In this document: positions 51,704 through 63,981 of the stretch, in pieces
How the letters are laid out: each line of letters starts with the position of its first letter
Numbering within the stretch: the first letter of the stretch is position 1
Assembly: GCF_001194135.2 (NCBI RefSeq)
Contig: NC_068989.1
Location: forward strand, 3,335,890 to 3,399,870
Length of the DNA stretch: 63,981 nt
Direction: 5' to 3'
Source of the DNA: Octopus bimaculoides
Lineage: Eukaryota
Notes under the pieces: model-generated
Databases searched by the model: none
The model's input: only the letters and a program-made list of their open reading frames with translations
What the model was told of the DNA's origin: nothing
Position numbers and translations under genes: made by a program

Positions 51704-52483
51704 GTCGCAGGGGTGGGGGAACACTTGTGTAGGTATACCGAATGAGTTATCGTTTTAAAACAGCAAGGATACAGTGGATATTATAAGTTCTTGATAAAAA
51801 AGACAAAAAGACTATCTACAGCTTTAATTCCTTTTATAATAATTCTACTCGGATCGGGGCGGATATCAACACACAATTGATCCTATTTCATTGCACCTGA
51901 AAAGTGCAAGTACTGACTGAGAGTATGCGGACTATTAACCCTACGCTGCAGATTGGACACTATCAATTTTAGTAGTACGGTCCGCCAGATAAGACATGCC
52001 TCACGTGACCCGCTTTAAACAAAACACAAAAGGTTGCCTAGTCTTGTGATTTATATGGTCACTCGATCTGCAAGAAACAACAGTCAAATTTCCACAGGAT
52101 TTCACTGGATGAATACATTCGACAACGTACTGAATGTTACTCTCTGCTGAAGACAAAAGGGAGATTGCCAATGATAAAATGCTTTGATCTGTTCAGAGAT
52201 AATCTGAGGATTAAAACACCTCACCTTAAAAAGGATATGGACATAGTCCTCATAGGATGGGACTAAGTAGAATGGAGTGTGAAGTGCGATACTTGGACCA
52301 CTTCAACTATTGACACACGAAAAAAGAGAGAACCTCTAAGCAGTCGCTCAACCTGCTAGAAATAACATCCAAAACTCACTCAAATTACACATGAGAAGAA
52401 AGAGTATATTGGACGGTAATGTGGTCTTGTGTGCAATGTGCCTAGTCATGGCAGTAAGGTCTTTGATCTTAAATCTGCTCTAT

Positions 52484-52655
52484 TGGGGGTATTTCATTCC
52501 AGACACTGTAAGTGAAAAAACAGGACATACCATCAGGTAGTTTCCCTCTGATTTCATTCGTAAGACGACACCATCAGAAGCTATGTAGAGAGGGAAACTG
52601 CCTGATGGTATGTCCTGTTTTTCACTCACAGTGTCTGTGGAATGAAATACCCCCA
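52484..52655. repeat. Near-perfect inverted repeat with ~66-bp arms
   Basis: 52484-52549 vs 52589-52655: 2 substitutions and 2 small indels. Confidence 0.9.
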
Positions 52656-53019
52656 TCCCAACGATTTTCTTAGAGTTTACTGCCATTCTACACAACAAGG
52701 GTTGCTCAAACCAGAAGGGAGCATCTACGCAGTTATTTGCTCAAACCATACCCTACTGTCTAAGAAATGAAAGAAGCAGGAGATAAATACTATATTAGAT
52801 ACTTACATGTCAACTATATGTATGTATGTCTTGGTTGCGACTAGTGCGCTTTTTACCAAAGATGTGTTTTATCAGAGCTGACCTTAAACACACGCACACG
52901 GACATTTCCGCTCTTTTTCGCATATCTACCAATATAATTAGCAGTGTGTCCCTATCATCTCTTTGTTTGTCCGTTCCCAATTGAACCAATAATTTCACTG
53001 CCTCGGCACCTGAATACCG

Positions 53020-53872
53020 AGAAGTGTGCGTAACGGGCAGCACTCAGAAGCTGGAAGAAATGCTTAGCGGAATTTCTTCCGGCTTTGCGCTCTGAGTTCA
53101 AATTCTGCCGAGATCGATTTTGTCCTTTATCCTTCGGGGTCGATAAAGTAAGTCGCAGTTGACCACTGAATTCAATGTTCTCGATTAAACACTCCTGACT
53201 AAATTTCAGACCTTGTGTCTATAGCAGAAAGAATAATGATTATTATTATTATTATTGTTGTTATTATTAAAGCGACGAGCTGGCAGAATCGTTAGCACAC
53301 CGGACGAAATGCTTAGCGGTATTTCGCTTACCGCTACGTTCTGAGTTCAAACTCCATCGAGATCGATTTTACCTTTCATCCCTTCAAGGTCGATAAGTTA
53401 AGTACTAGTGTAATCGACTAGTCCCCTCCCCACAAATTTCAGGCCTTGTGCCTCCAGTACAAAGGACAATTATTATGATGAATACATCTTTAGTTCAATC
53501 CTGCTGAGGTCAACTTTGCCTTTCTTCTTTCGTGGTCGATAAAATAAAGTACCAATCAATTACTGATCAATATAATCAATAAACACCCTTTCTCTAAAAT
53601 TGCTGGCCTTGTACCAAATTTGAAAGAAATATTATTTTCATCATTATCATTGTTGTTATTATTATTAAGGCGGCGGGCTGGCAGACTCGTTAGCACGCCG
53701 GACGAAATGCTTAGCGGTATTTCGCCCGCCGCTACGTTCTGAGTTCAAATATCACCGAGGTCGACTTTGTCTTTCACCCTTTCGGGACCGATAAAATAAG
53801 CACCAGTAGAGCACTGGGGTCGATGTGATCGACTTGACCCCTTCCGCCAAATTGTTGGCCTTGTGCCAAAAT
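53020..53872 (+). mobile_element. Four tandem SINE B copies separated by (ATT)n
   Basis: Copies at ~53020, 53288, 53490 and 53667, all on plus. Confidence 0.9.
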
Positions 53873-55204
53873 TATTAAATGACAAAGAGAAACGCACTGT
53901 GTTCAATTTATCCTTTTCTTATAGGTTGCCGCAAATGTAAATTTGAATATCATCCATGGGTTTTCTACGGATACGCATACATAAACACAAATATGTTTCA
54001 CATGCAAATATTAGTCTTTGTAACACCCCTCCTCTCTCACATACCCACATTTTCCGCGCGCAAAATATGCTCATCAGAATATTGATATTAAAATAAATAT
54101 TAATATTCTTACTTCCAAGAGTATTTTTGCGATGTATTTTGGTGTAATTATATAAACTGCTTTCGAGTATTGAGCACTCTGTGTCATCAAAACTGACTTA
54201 CGATTAAACATAGACTGTACACACACACATATACATAGGTACCTGTAAATACACAAATATTCACAAAAATTACAAATATATACCACATGTACATAAATAC
54301 ATATATATTCACATGTATACATACATATGTATACATTCACTTTAGTTTACAAATAAGACAAAAATGTACTCAATAACAAAAGTAGAGTATAACGATAGAT
54401 AGATAGATAGATAGACTGATGGATAGATAGATAGATATTACACAATGCGTTCTGGCAATAAAGGCTTCCAGGCGAAACCTAATTTGAAGGTAAACACTCC
54501 AAGCTGCAAACACACGCGCGCGCGCAAAATGTCCCTCACGTGATAGCTTTCTTGCGTTTACGATATGAAATAATGCACGAGACGCAGTCGTTCAACTTCC
54601 TAGAAATAGCCGCCAAATTCCCATTATCTTAAGAAAAGAAGACCATCTTTAAGAAGATATTGGGATAACGGGCCCCCCTAAATACACTATCTTAACAAAA
54701 AAGGAAAACCGAGTGGTCACGGTTGGAACAACTTCGATCATAGAGTCTCTTCGATCAAGGCCGATATGAAAGCGAAAAATCAATAAAGCACGAGACTGAT
54801 ATTCAATCACGTACTTTTAAACATGCGTATTTAACCACACACACGCAAATGCATTCACAACCAGTCCTACAGACGCGTAACTCGCATAACAAACACGTTA
54901 TGGAGACTGAGATCTTTCATCTAAGATGTTGAGGCACTTAAAATATCGAGTAAACATTACACACACACACAGACACACCCACACACGTACTGAAAAACAG
55001 ACATGATGCATACATAGATCAGCATTCACAGGCACAGACGCAGACACACGTATAATAGTCGAAGACACCTTCATTCTGAGACGGCGATGCTGCACTTAAA
55101 ATATCAAATAAACATTATGCAGACAAATGCGTGTCCGTCTTCACGCATCTAAACAGAAATTTATACACATACGCTCACGCAGATACATAAATGCACATCC
55201 TTAG

Positions 55205-55240
<36 letters not shown>

Positions 55241-56984
55241 TAATGAAAACTACAAAGTACGTTGTACGAAGTAAACATATTTACAAATCGCTATGTGAGA
55301 CTTAAGTAGGAAAAACAATTATATATACGAACATGAAATACACACACACAAAATACATCTGTACAAATGAACATACACACACACACCGTAAGTGCACCAT
55401 GTATGCATGTGTGTATATAAAAACAAACACTCAAATGAGTTGAAATATTTACATACATTTTCTTTTTAGATATTCCATACTTTAAATACCGACACTCAGA
55501 GATCCGCTCGCATTCTAAGTCATAGTAAATATGTACAGAATTCATTTAAATACGGAATATTCGGCCAGCAAAGTTTCATTAATATCACCACTTAAAATCA
55601 GATCTCTTGTGTGTGTGTGTAACATTATGCTGTTCATAAAAATATCAATAAACATAGAAGCGTAAGAGAAGACACATTTGACAGGAATTTCACATTCCTT
55701 AGCAATTCGCATGCATACAGGTAGCACAATGCATGCGTGTGTGTAAATATTTTTTCCATGTATATTTATGTACGAGTATATATACAAACGGTTTCATTTG
55801 AGGAATGTGTGTTTACATCTAAATAATAAATGCATATTTTAAACAAGGAATAAGGCGGAAAAAAACAAGAGTAAGTCGAGAAATGCAGAAAAACTAAGAA
55901 TGAATGAATAGAAGAGAGAGAGAGAGAGAGAAAGAGAGACGTATGAAGGAAAAAGAAAGATTCTATAAGTGTTGAAGTGAAAATATCCACGTGCTGGGCC
56001 AAGTTATTTACTCAAAAGAAAGTAGTGAAAGTCTATTTTAAGTTGTTCTTTACTCACCCGTGCCCGCGATCTGGAGCTATGCCTTCGACTCGACATGTTT
56101 CCAGAATGGTGGCTATAGCAGAGCTTAAATGTAAGCTTATAGCATTTGCATCCACGGCAAAGAGGGAGAAGGAAAAAAAAATAATGGTACAAGAGCCAAA
56201 GTCAAAGTAATGCCAGGAACGAATGGGAAAAGGGAAATGATTGATACCGATAGAAAGATATCTCTATATATATATAAAGAGAGATATATAATGATAGATA
56301 GATGTTTGATTTTTCTGTTTAAAAAATACGAGGTTTAAATGAGAGAAAACGAATCAGAATGATGTAGACAGGGATATACGCAGACAGAGGGGGAGGGAGA
56401 GAGTGGGAAATAGAGAGGGGGAGGAGGAGGAGGAGGACAGAGGCAAAAGTGTGTGAAGGGTGTGGTATGAGTAGAATGTTTGATTGTAACGTAGAGCAAG
56501 AACAGCAGAAATGGTTCGCTCATGTGGAGTGAGTTCGCCACTCCATTCATTTCTCAAGAGAATTAAACTCTACAGCAGCTTCTCTTTAGATTCGAATTAA
56601 CTTTTCTCCTCCTCCTCCTCCTCATACACACATATATCTATATATGTGTGTCTCCTCCCCCGCTCGGCCTCATCTCTTTCCCTTTAATATTCCTTTCTAG
56701 TCAGCGTTTACACAACCAGGCTTTTGCCCCCCCCCCACCTACCCACCTATCTTCTTCCCTTCTTTATTAACCTTAATGCTTCTCGCTGCTGCACTCTATC
56801 TCTCACTCTCACTCATTGTTAAATCTCATTTACTTTCCATTCATTTCTCTCCGCGAATCTTTTTCATCCTTTTTTCTCTCTAAAGAGTTCGTACGCCTAA
56901 ACGCTCTGTCAGTCTCTCTTTCTCTCTCTCTCTCTCAGATACCCCTAATTATTCCCTTATCCTCAACACATACGCAAAATAAGG

Positions 56985-57442
56985 CACTGTTGTGTGGTTA
57001 AGAAGTTTGTTTTGGAACCACGTGGTTTCAGGTTCATTCCCGTTGCGTGGTACCTGGGGCATGTGTCTTCTATTGCTTTCGATCGACCAATACTTTATGA
57101 GTGGAATTTGGTAAACGGAAACTACATGGAAGCCTGTCATGTGTGTGTGTGAGTGTGCGTAAGTATCTGGCTATGTACGTTTGTTGGTTTATGGTTGTAA
57201 CTTAGCGGTTCGACAAATAATAAACATAAATCCAAAGGAAGAAGCACACTCTAAGATGTAGAGCAGTATTTATTAAAAATGTGGAAGGCCGGTTTATGGG
57301 ATTATTGTAGGTTTCCTCCTCAATTTTTTAAGAGGTCATGGGCCAACAGGCTTTTGGGATCTGACGATACGCCATAAACCCTTTATGGACGGGAATTCTA
57401 AGGGAATCCCATCAAACGGCCTTCCAAATTTCTAATACATAA

Positions 57443-57493
<51 letters not shown>

Positions 57494-57640
57494 NNNNNNN
57501 NNNGACGGGTTTCTTTCAATTTCCATCTCCAAAATCCACTCGCAAGGCTTTGGTTAACCCGAGGCTATAGCAAGAGACACTTGTCCAAGATGTCACGCAG
57601 TGGGACTGAACCCAGAACCATGTGGTTGGGAAGCAAAATA
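56985..57640. mobile_element. Convergent SINE A pair (56985-57215 plus, 57504-57640 minus)
   Basis: Head motifs in opposite orientation. Confidence 0.8.
57283..57425. mobile_element. Small MITE
   Basis: 21-bp imperfect TIRs ggaaggccggtttatgggatt / aatcccatcaaacggccttcc. Confidence 0.6.
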
Positions 57641-57734
57641 TTTCAGTCACACCTCGAAAACAAGAAAGAAAACGCAAGAGGCATAAGTCTTAATAAAAGT
57701 GCTATTAGCTTAACGCACGAAGGTAAATGGAAAG

Positions 57735-58035
57735 GGTCATTAACGTTTCGGTTGTTAGTCCTTCATCAGGAAAACGAAAAATAGAAAAAGGCGGTAAGAA
57801 GAATATTAGAGGCCGGGTAGCAATGCGGTTCGATGAGAAGAAGAGATCGAATGCTGCGTTCGTGTATAGGAGCGTATCTGTATGGGGAGATGGGTATAGG
57901 GGGAGGTATGTGGGCGGTGCGGGTCGTTTATGGTTGAGTCTTTATATAACATAAATTTCTATAAGCTATAGGTCTATATGGGTAGAAAACAGATATTCTT
58001 CCTCTGATGAAGGCCTGTAAATTCCAGAAACTAAA
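57735..58035. mobile_element. Penelope-like remnant with two degenerate hammerhead-like cores in inverted orientation
   Basis: Minus CUGAUGAAGG..CCGAAACGUU at 57742-57769; plus CUGAUGAAGG..CCAGAAAC at 58004-58031. Confidence 0.4.
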
Positions 58036-60580
58036 GCGACCCACCTTACTTGGTGCAGAGATAAAACATGTAAGTGCATCCATTTCAAATAGTGCTGTTT
58101 GTTGCACTATGAACTACAACAAACTCCCATACGTATACATACAAATACACACACACCTTAGGTCACTTGTCTTGCTTCTTGTTTAATGGTTCGTTATCTA
58201 AGTTTTCTATTTTCATTTTTGTTTAACCTAAATAGTCTGGCAGTTCACTTCACTTAAGAGAACAGCCGAAAGCTTCTTCGAGGTATCTATCTCTTTCTCA
58301 GATCACCAGTCTTCTTCTTTTTCACTCTTTCTTCTCTTTCTTCTCTCTCTCTCAAATATAATCGATATTCTTTCTTCTTTATCGCCATTCACATCTCTCA
58401 GTTTCCCTCTCAACACTTAGGCCAATAGTTCTTTGCCTCTTTAATTATTATAGATTTTCTTCCTTACACACACACGTCTACCTTGTTTCCATCTTCTATT
58501 TCCTCTTTTTCTTCCTCAAACCCGTTCTCTCTCTCTCTCTCCCTCTCCCTCTGCACCCTGGCATACTGCTTCTACCCTGTTTCAAGGTATGTCTCTAATG
58601 TTTCACACTTCATCTCTCTTCGTCTTTTTCTTTTATTCCCCTGCTTATCATGAGATTTTGTTTGTTTTACTTATAACCGTTTATCTGCTTACCTCTTTCT
58701 CGTTCATTCTAATTTTTTACATACTTTCTGCCCCTTTCACACAAAAAGCGAAAGATAAAATATGTCCTATACTACACACACCTCAGTTCATCTAAAATAA
58801 AATAATAAAACAGAAAAGAGAAAAGAAAACGAGATATTATTTTATTGAGTGTGCTCAATAATTTATAATTTGATAAGAGCTATGACAATTGTGTCTGTGT
58901 GAATGAAATCAAAAAGAACAATGGAGGAATCTCAAACACTCTACCACACACACACACACACACAGCAATTGTGTCTCCACTCACAAACTATAGGTCGACT
59001 TGAAATTACAGGAGATATTAACCCCAGTTTGAACCACCTGTATACACGTAGTTGGGAAAAGAACCCCACAATCATACAGCCACCTCGGTGTATGTGGGTG
59101 CCTTCATACCTGCCTACTTCACTGTAAATTATTCTTCTATAAAACCCTTGGTTAACTTTAGACTTAAAGACAATGACATTCCGTACTTCTAGCTCATTCT
59201 TAAAATATATATAATACTGCCTCTACACTCTATCAACCAACACACACACACACACACACTTGCAGGAGTATTTATTCTGTAGTGACTCTTGTACGGTTAG
59301 TTTCGCTGTTTTTCATTTGTTAATTGCTTCAATGAGATCACGACCTTTCAGTTACGCACTGGCTACATAAACAACGAATCAAAACTATTCTTTCTCTCTC
59401 TGAAAGGACGTTATCTATTCTTGTTTCCGTCAAAATAGGATATGTACTTTGGATGAACGCAATATCAATTTGCCGTATCTCTAGTCCACTGAGCTTTGTT
59501 CCTTGTTAATTTTGCACTACTTTTATTTCAACAACACTTCCCGTTCACACTACACGCGTTACGCAAAAGAATTTTATTCCCAAAACAAAAGAACCACACA
59601 ACTGGTTTTATAAACGTTCCTAAATATAACACTACTTCCCAAAATCTCTATTTTAATTCAAATCTGATTTACGTGAATATCGTTGCTGAAAACTGTTGCT
59701 TTAATCTTTCATTAACAGTTACAGTTCTTCTCTGATACACACCGCAATCAACTTTCTCTTTTTCATCAAAACACACTGTTCTATGAATTCATATTCACAT
59801 AAATATCACTGATACAAATCTAAACTCTAACTGACAAATATACCACTTTAGTTATTGTTGTTTCCATTGGTCTGATGGAGGAGGAGGTCCCAGATATCCT
59901 GGTCAATTATAGCGTATGAATTAAGGATTTGCAGTCTCTCTTGAAGAACCCACAATTTGCCACACTTTGCTACAGACAGATTTGTATTATCTTGCTGTAT
60001 GTATGCATGCACGTTTTTGCATCTGGTTTGCACGATTCTTGATGTGAAATCGTGTGTTGAAAACAGATTGTGGTATATTTTGGGAAGGACCATTCCGTCA
60101 ATAGTAAACACACACACACTGGTTCTATTTCACTTTTTTTTTTTAGAACCATTTAAGTAATTGATTAATCGTTTGGTCAATCAATCAGCTAGGTTCGTCA
60201 AAATCCTTTTGTCACTATACGCGAACTCATCAATGACACTCCCTCTTTACTACACGTCTAGCTGTTCTCTAGTTTACAGATTCTATATTTATATTTATGG
60301 GGATGTAAGAATGTCAGAAATAGAGACAGTGTGTGTGTGTGTGTGCGTTCGTATGTTTGTAGAGTGAGGATTCCGTGAAGAGCGAGAATGGTTATACATA
60401 CGTTCAATAAATTATTTATCTATGGCTAAAATACCTTTGTTTTTGTGAATGAACTGAATGTGTAGGTGTGTAAATGTGTGAGTGCGAAAATGTGTAGACA
60501 TTCAAGGTCAGTTACTTTCGTTATTATGGGGATGGTGCAGATCAAATGAACAATTTTATGAATGTATATGTCATGAACAC

Positions 60581-60619
<39 letters not shown>

Positions 60620-61562
60620 CGCTAGAGACAGAGAGAAGTGGGATACTAAAAGTTGAGAAATGTCCTTACCCAGTCTAATTTTGTACAACAGGATACTCTG
60701 ATGTGTAGGATTTATTGAGGATGAAGTATGCAGACAGGGAATTAGGTAGTAATAGGTGGGGAACGGCACCTATAAGGGGAGAGGAAAGGTTCAGTCGGTG
60801 CATTGGTCCAGGGCCCCTAACCCTAACACTCCCTAGAAAAAGAAGAAGAAAAAAACATTCCGAGAGACCCGATCGCTTGCCGATCAAGATCAAAAATTAT
60901 CTCGTCAATGGCGTCGCGTTTGTTTGCATATCTAGAACTATATTATTCAATGATACCTTCATATTTTGAAGACGGTAGGGTGCAATTTGAGCGAATTTAG
61001 CTGCTATCTTTTAGAGATTGACTTTCTCGTTGGCTCATAGTGATAAAATGTAGATTGATGTAGATAACTATGTAACTATAATGTGTGTGCATGCGTGTGT
61101 AGAAGAAGGATTAACTGAGCGGTTCGTTATGCAATTAGGAAGTTTCAGTTTCGATCTTACCTTAGGGAAATATCGTTTATTATTGCTTTGAACTGTCCTA
61201 AACCTTGACAGCGAAACGGATAGACATATAGGGGATTCATTCGGTATTGGTAGATGACATAATTCACCCACACAACCTTCCCTCATGATATAAAGAGGCT
61301 AGGTTGAATAATACCGATACTGTGTACCAATACCGAAGGATCACTGACATATTGTATACAGTAGGTTGTTGGATGTACTGTACTTGGAATTTAAAATGTC
61401 GATGTTATATACTGTGTCACACTGATGCTAAGACCTCAGAATTAATTCAAGGTACACTCAGCCACTTATATGCTAAGTTAATGAACAAGTACTTCACATG
61501 ATCTACTGCAATACTCATTGTTGAAACCAACGAAGAGCTATTAACTCTCTGTATATATACAT

Positions 61563-61855
61563 AGGCACAGGTGTTGCTGTGTTGGTAAGAAGTTTGCTTC
61601 CCAGCCACATGGTTCTGGGTTCAGGTCCACTGCGTGGTACCTTGGGTATGGGTCTTCTACTATAGCCTCGAGCCGGCCCAAGTCTTGTGAGTGGATTTGG
61701 AAGATGGAAACAGAGTAGCCCATCGCATGTGTTTGTGTTTGTTTGTTTACGTCCCTGTAACTTAGCAGTTCGGCAAACGTGTCCAATAGAATACATGCTA
61801 TGCTTTAAAAAAAAAAGTACAGGGATCAAACAACTGAAACAGGTAAAAGATAAAC
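61563..61855 (+). mobile_element. SINE family A
   Basis: Head and shortened tail. Confidence 0.85.
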
Positions 61856-61871
61856 GATACATACCTACACA

Positions 61872-62187
61872 CAGTGGCAGACTGGGTCTAAAAATATTGG
61901 TTGCCAGGGGACTAAGGGGGCCCAGCTGCAACTACAAGGGGGCCCAGCCGCAACTACAAGGCTATCATTTAATTATTTTTTTTTTTGTTAAAACTATTCT
62001 TTTCAACTGTCTACAAACACAGCCAGGCTGAAATAATTAATGCATTCTTCCAGGAGTGAATAAAGAATTCTCAAACTTGAGTGGACGGGCCCCTTAGATA
62101 CTAACATGGACCCCCAAATATAGATTCTAATGACGCAGTGGCCCACTTGCCATCGGGCAAGCTGGCAACCTGACCAGTCTGCCACTG
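61872..62187. mobile_element. hAT MITE
   Basis: TIRs cagtggcagactg / cagtctgccactg; perfect 8-bp TSD cctacaca. Confidence 0.9.
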
Positions 62188-62489
62188 CCTACACACCCAA
62201 ATACATGAACACAAATACAAAAGACAAACATTTGCCTACACACAGAGAAATACCTGTATTTGTGCATATGTTTATGTAGGCGTGTATGTATGTCTATATA
62301 TATATATCAGTTGGCTTTATTAACGCATGAAAGCAAGGCAGAAAAGAGAATGGCACTAATAAAGATAATTGGTGTTTATAATAGGTTGGTGAATTTGTTG
62401 TTTTACTTAATTGTACACTGCGCATTGGCTTCCATGTAAATCCTGGTCCAGGACCTGATCTTTGATTCAAGTTCACCAATATACAAACA

Positions 62490-62945
62490 CGCACACACAT
62501 ATAGACACTTACACACACTCATATACATATACATGCACACACACACACACACACACATCTATACACACACACACACATATATATTTACACACACACATAC
62601 ACATTTACACATACGTATATATTCACACACACGTATATCATTGTCGTTTAGCATAGAAGACAGGCGTTAAACGATGATGATATACACTCACACACAGACA
62701 TATACATACACACACATACACATCTATACACACACACACATATATTTATACACACATATATTTACACACACACGTATATATATATATATACACACACATA
62801 TATTTACACACACACACGTATATATATATATACACACACATATATTTACACACACACACACACACACGTATATCATAATAATCATTATCATTTAGCATAG
62901 AAGACAGACATTAAACGATGATGATATTCATTCACACACACACAC
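62490..62945. repeat. Compound (CA/TA)n tract with a duplicated retroposon-end motif
   Basis: tttagcatagaagacag.c.ttaaacgatgatgata at ~62647 and ~62891. Confidence 0.85.
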
Positions 62946-63810
62946 CTCTACCCGCACACACGCATATGTCTGTATGTTACTTCAATTATAAAAGGTAGAT
63001 GTCACTGTTTTCATAACTCAAACGGCCCCCTCCGTCCTAACCCCACACCCCTCCCTCCTTCCTTTCCTAAGTTCAGTTTCTTACTCCTCCTCCTGTCTTT
63101 CCCACTCTCCTCCCACATTTACCCCCCTCTCTCTATTGTGCCTTACAGATGTCTCTCTTCACTTCACTTGACTCTCATTCATCCTCACCTGCTTCTTGAA
63201 ACTTCTATCCATTCTTTTAGTTTCTAGTTCCCATGGTTCTTCTTCTTCTTCTCCCATCCCCCCCCGCCCCCAATCTCCCTTGCTGATCCTTTTCTCTGCA
63301 CCTCTCCCCCTTCCCTTTCATATTACCTGTTATTATGAATGCCCCCTTCCCAACCCCGGCAAAATGAACTTCCTGTCAGTCTAATTGATTAGTCTGGCGC
63401 AGTCTCTGTCATTGGTTTATTATACAATCATTTATCGCTACAGACAAGTATGTACAAGTGGTACATACATGAATATACAGGCAATCATATATATATATAT
63501 ATACATACATATATATATATATATATATAATCACTCACATACACACACACACACAACTGGCATAGGGAGATAAAAGGCTAAGACCCAGAGAAACGATATA
63601 TTTTTCATTTCATTTTCTTGAAAATTTCGAAGATCTTCCGTATCTGTATAGAAATAGACGAATAATTCCTTCATTTCTTCTAACATTATTACATATATAT
63701 ATATATATACGATATATATGGGAGAATATACAAATAATAACAACAGACGAGGACAGGTGGTGTAAATAACAAAAGTATATATTAGTATGACGCTCGGGAA
63801 TACGGAAAGT

Positions 63811-63845
63811 CTTTGACGTTTCGAGCTACGCTCTTCAACAGAAAG
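63811..63845 (-). ncRNA. Minimal type I hammerhead-like motif in a Penelope-like repeat end
   Basis: CUUU-CUGUUGA-A-GAGC(gua)GCUC-GAAAC-GUC-AAAG: both stems perfect, GUC triplet, one core deviation (A6 to U). Confidence 0.6.
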
Positions 63846-63981
63846 AATACGGAGACAAGGAGAAAAAAATTGAATAGTGTTCAGTCAACGGTCAATCATA
63901 ATATATATATATATATATATAATTTAATAATAGGATAGATTCTTTGTAAGAATTTATCAAGTAGTTAGTGTTTGCTAAAAA

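Larger units (their letters stand above)
49680..52030. promoter_or_regulatory. CpG-retaining promoter-like zone with a minus-strand first-exon donor
   Basis: CpG is common here relative to 19-48 kb. Donor AATTG|gtaagt on minus at 50150; CCAAT motifs (49884, 50162, reverse at 51952); GC box ggggcgg 51856; E-box tcacgtga 52001. Confidence 0.4.

Noticed and set aside
59930-59975. CGFFKR, an integrin-alpha-like motif on minus
   Set aside because: No preceding lysine or transmembrane exon and an early stop; likely chance.
60908-61000. Short ATG-initiated ORF MASRLFAYLELYY with a donor-like site
   Set aside because: Lies within an inverted family D repeat.

Overview
AT-rich, microsatellite-dense eukaryotic genomic DNA with eight N-gaps (scaffolded short-read assembly). 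It is not prokaryotic: no operons, rRNA, intact tRNA genes or CRISPR. The dominant SINE families resemble octopus (coleoid cephalopod) repeats; this is recognition from memory, not a database hit. Much of the window is interspersed repeat: several tRNA-headed SINE families, RTE LINE remnants, and mariner, hAT and piggyBac MITEs with checkable TIRs/TSDs. Nearly all ORF-track entries are microsatellite or N artefacts. The one convincing coding block is a ~620-nt minus-strand exon at 20.4-21.0 kb. Several smaller phase-compatible minus-strand exon candidates (15.5-43.7 kb) and a CpG-rich promoter-like zone at 49-52 kb suggest a long minus-strand gene that I cannot name. The most striking signal is a tRNA-headed SINE whose 3' half folds into a minimal type I hammerhead-ribozyme core of the Penelope-element kind; it occurs twice, both times as a head-to-head inverted dimer. 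Other hammerhead-like cores lie at 57.7-58.0 kb and 63.8 kb. The window is also rich in fold-back structures (a 40-bp hairpin minisatellite, 50-175 bp inverted duplications, a pre-miRNA-sized hairpin) and has a recursive-splice-site-like motif at 39.0 kb. All gene models are hand-read hypotheses without RNA or homology support.
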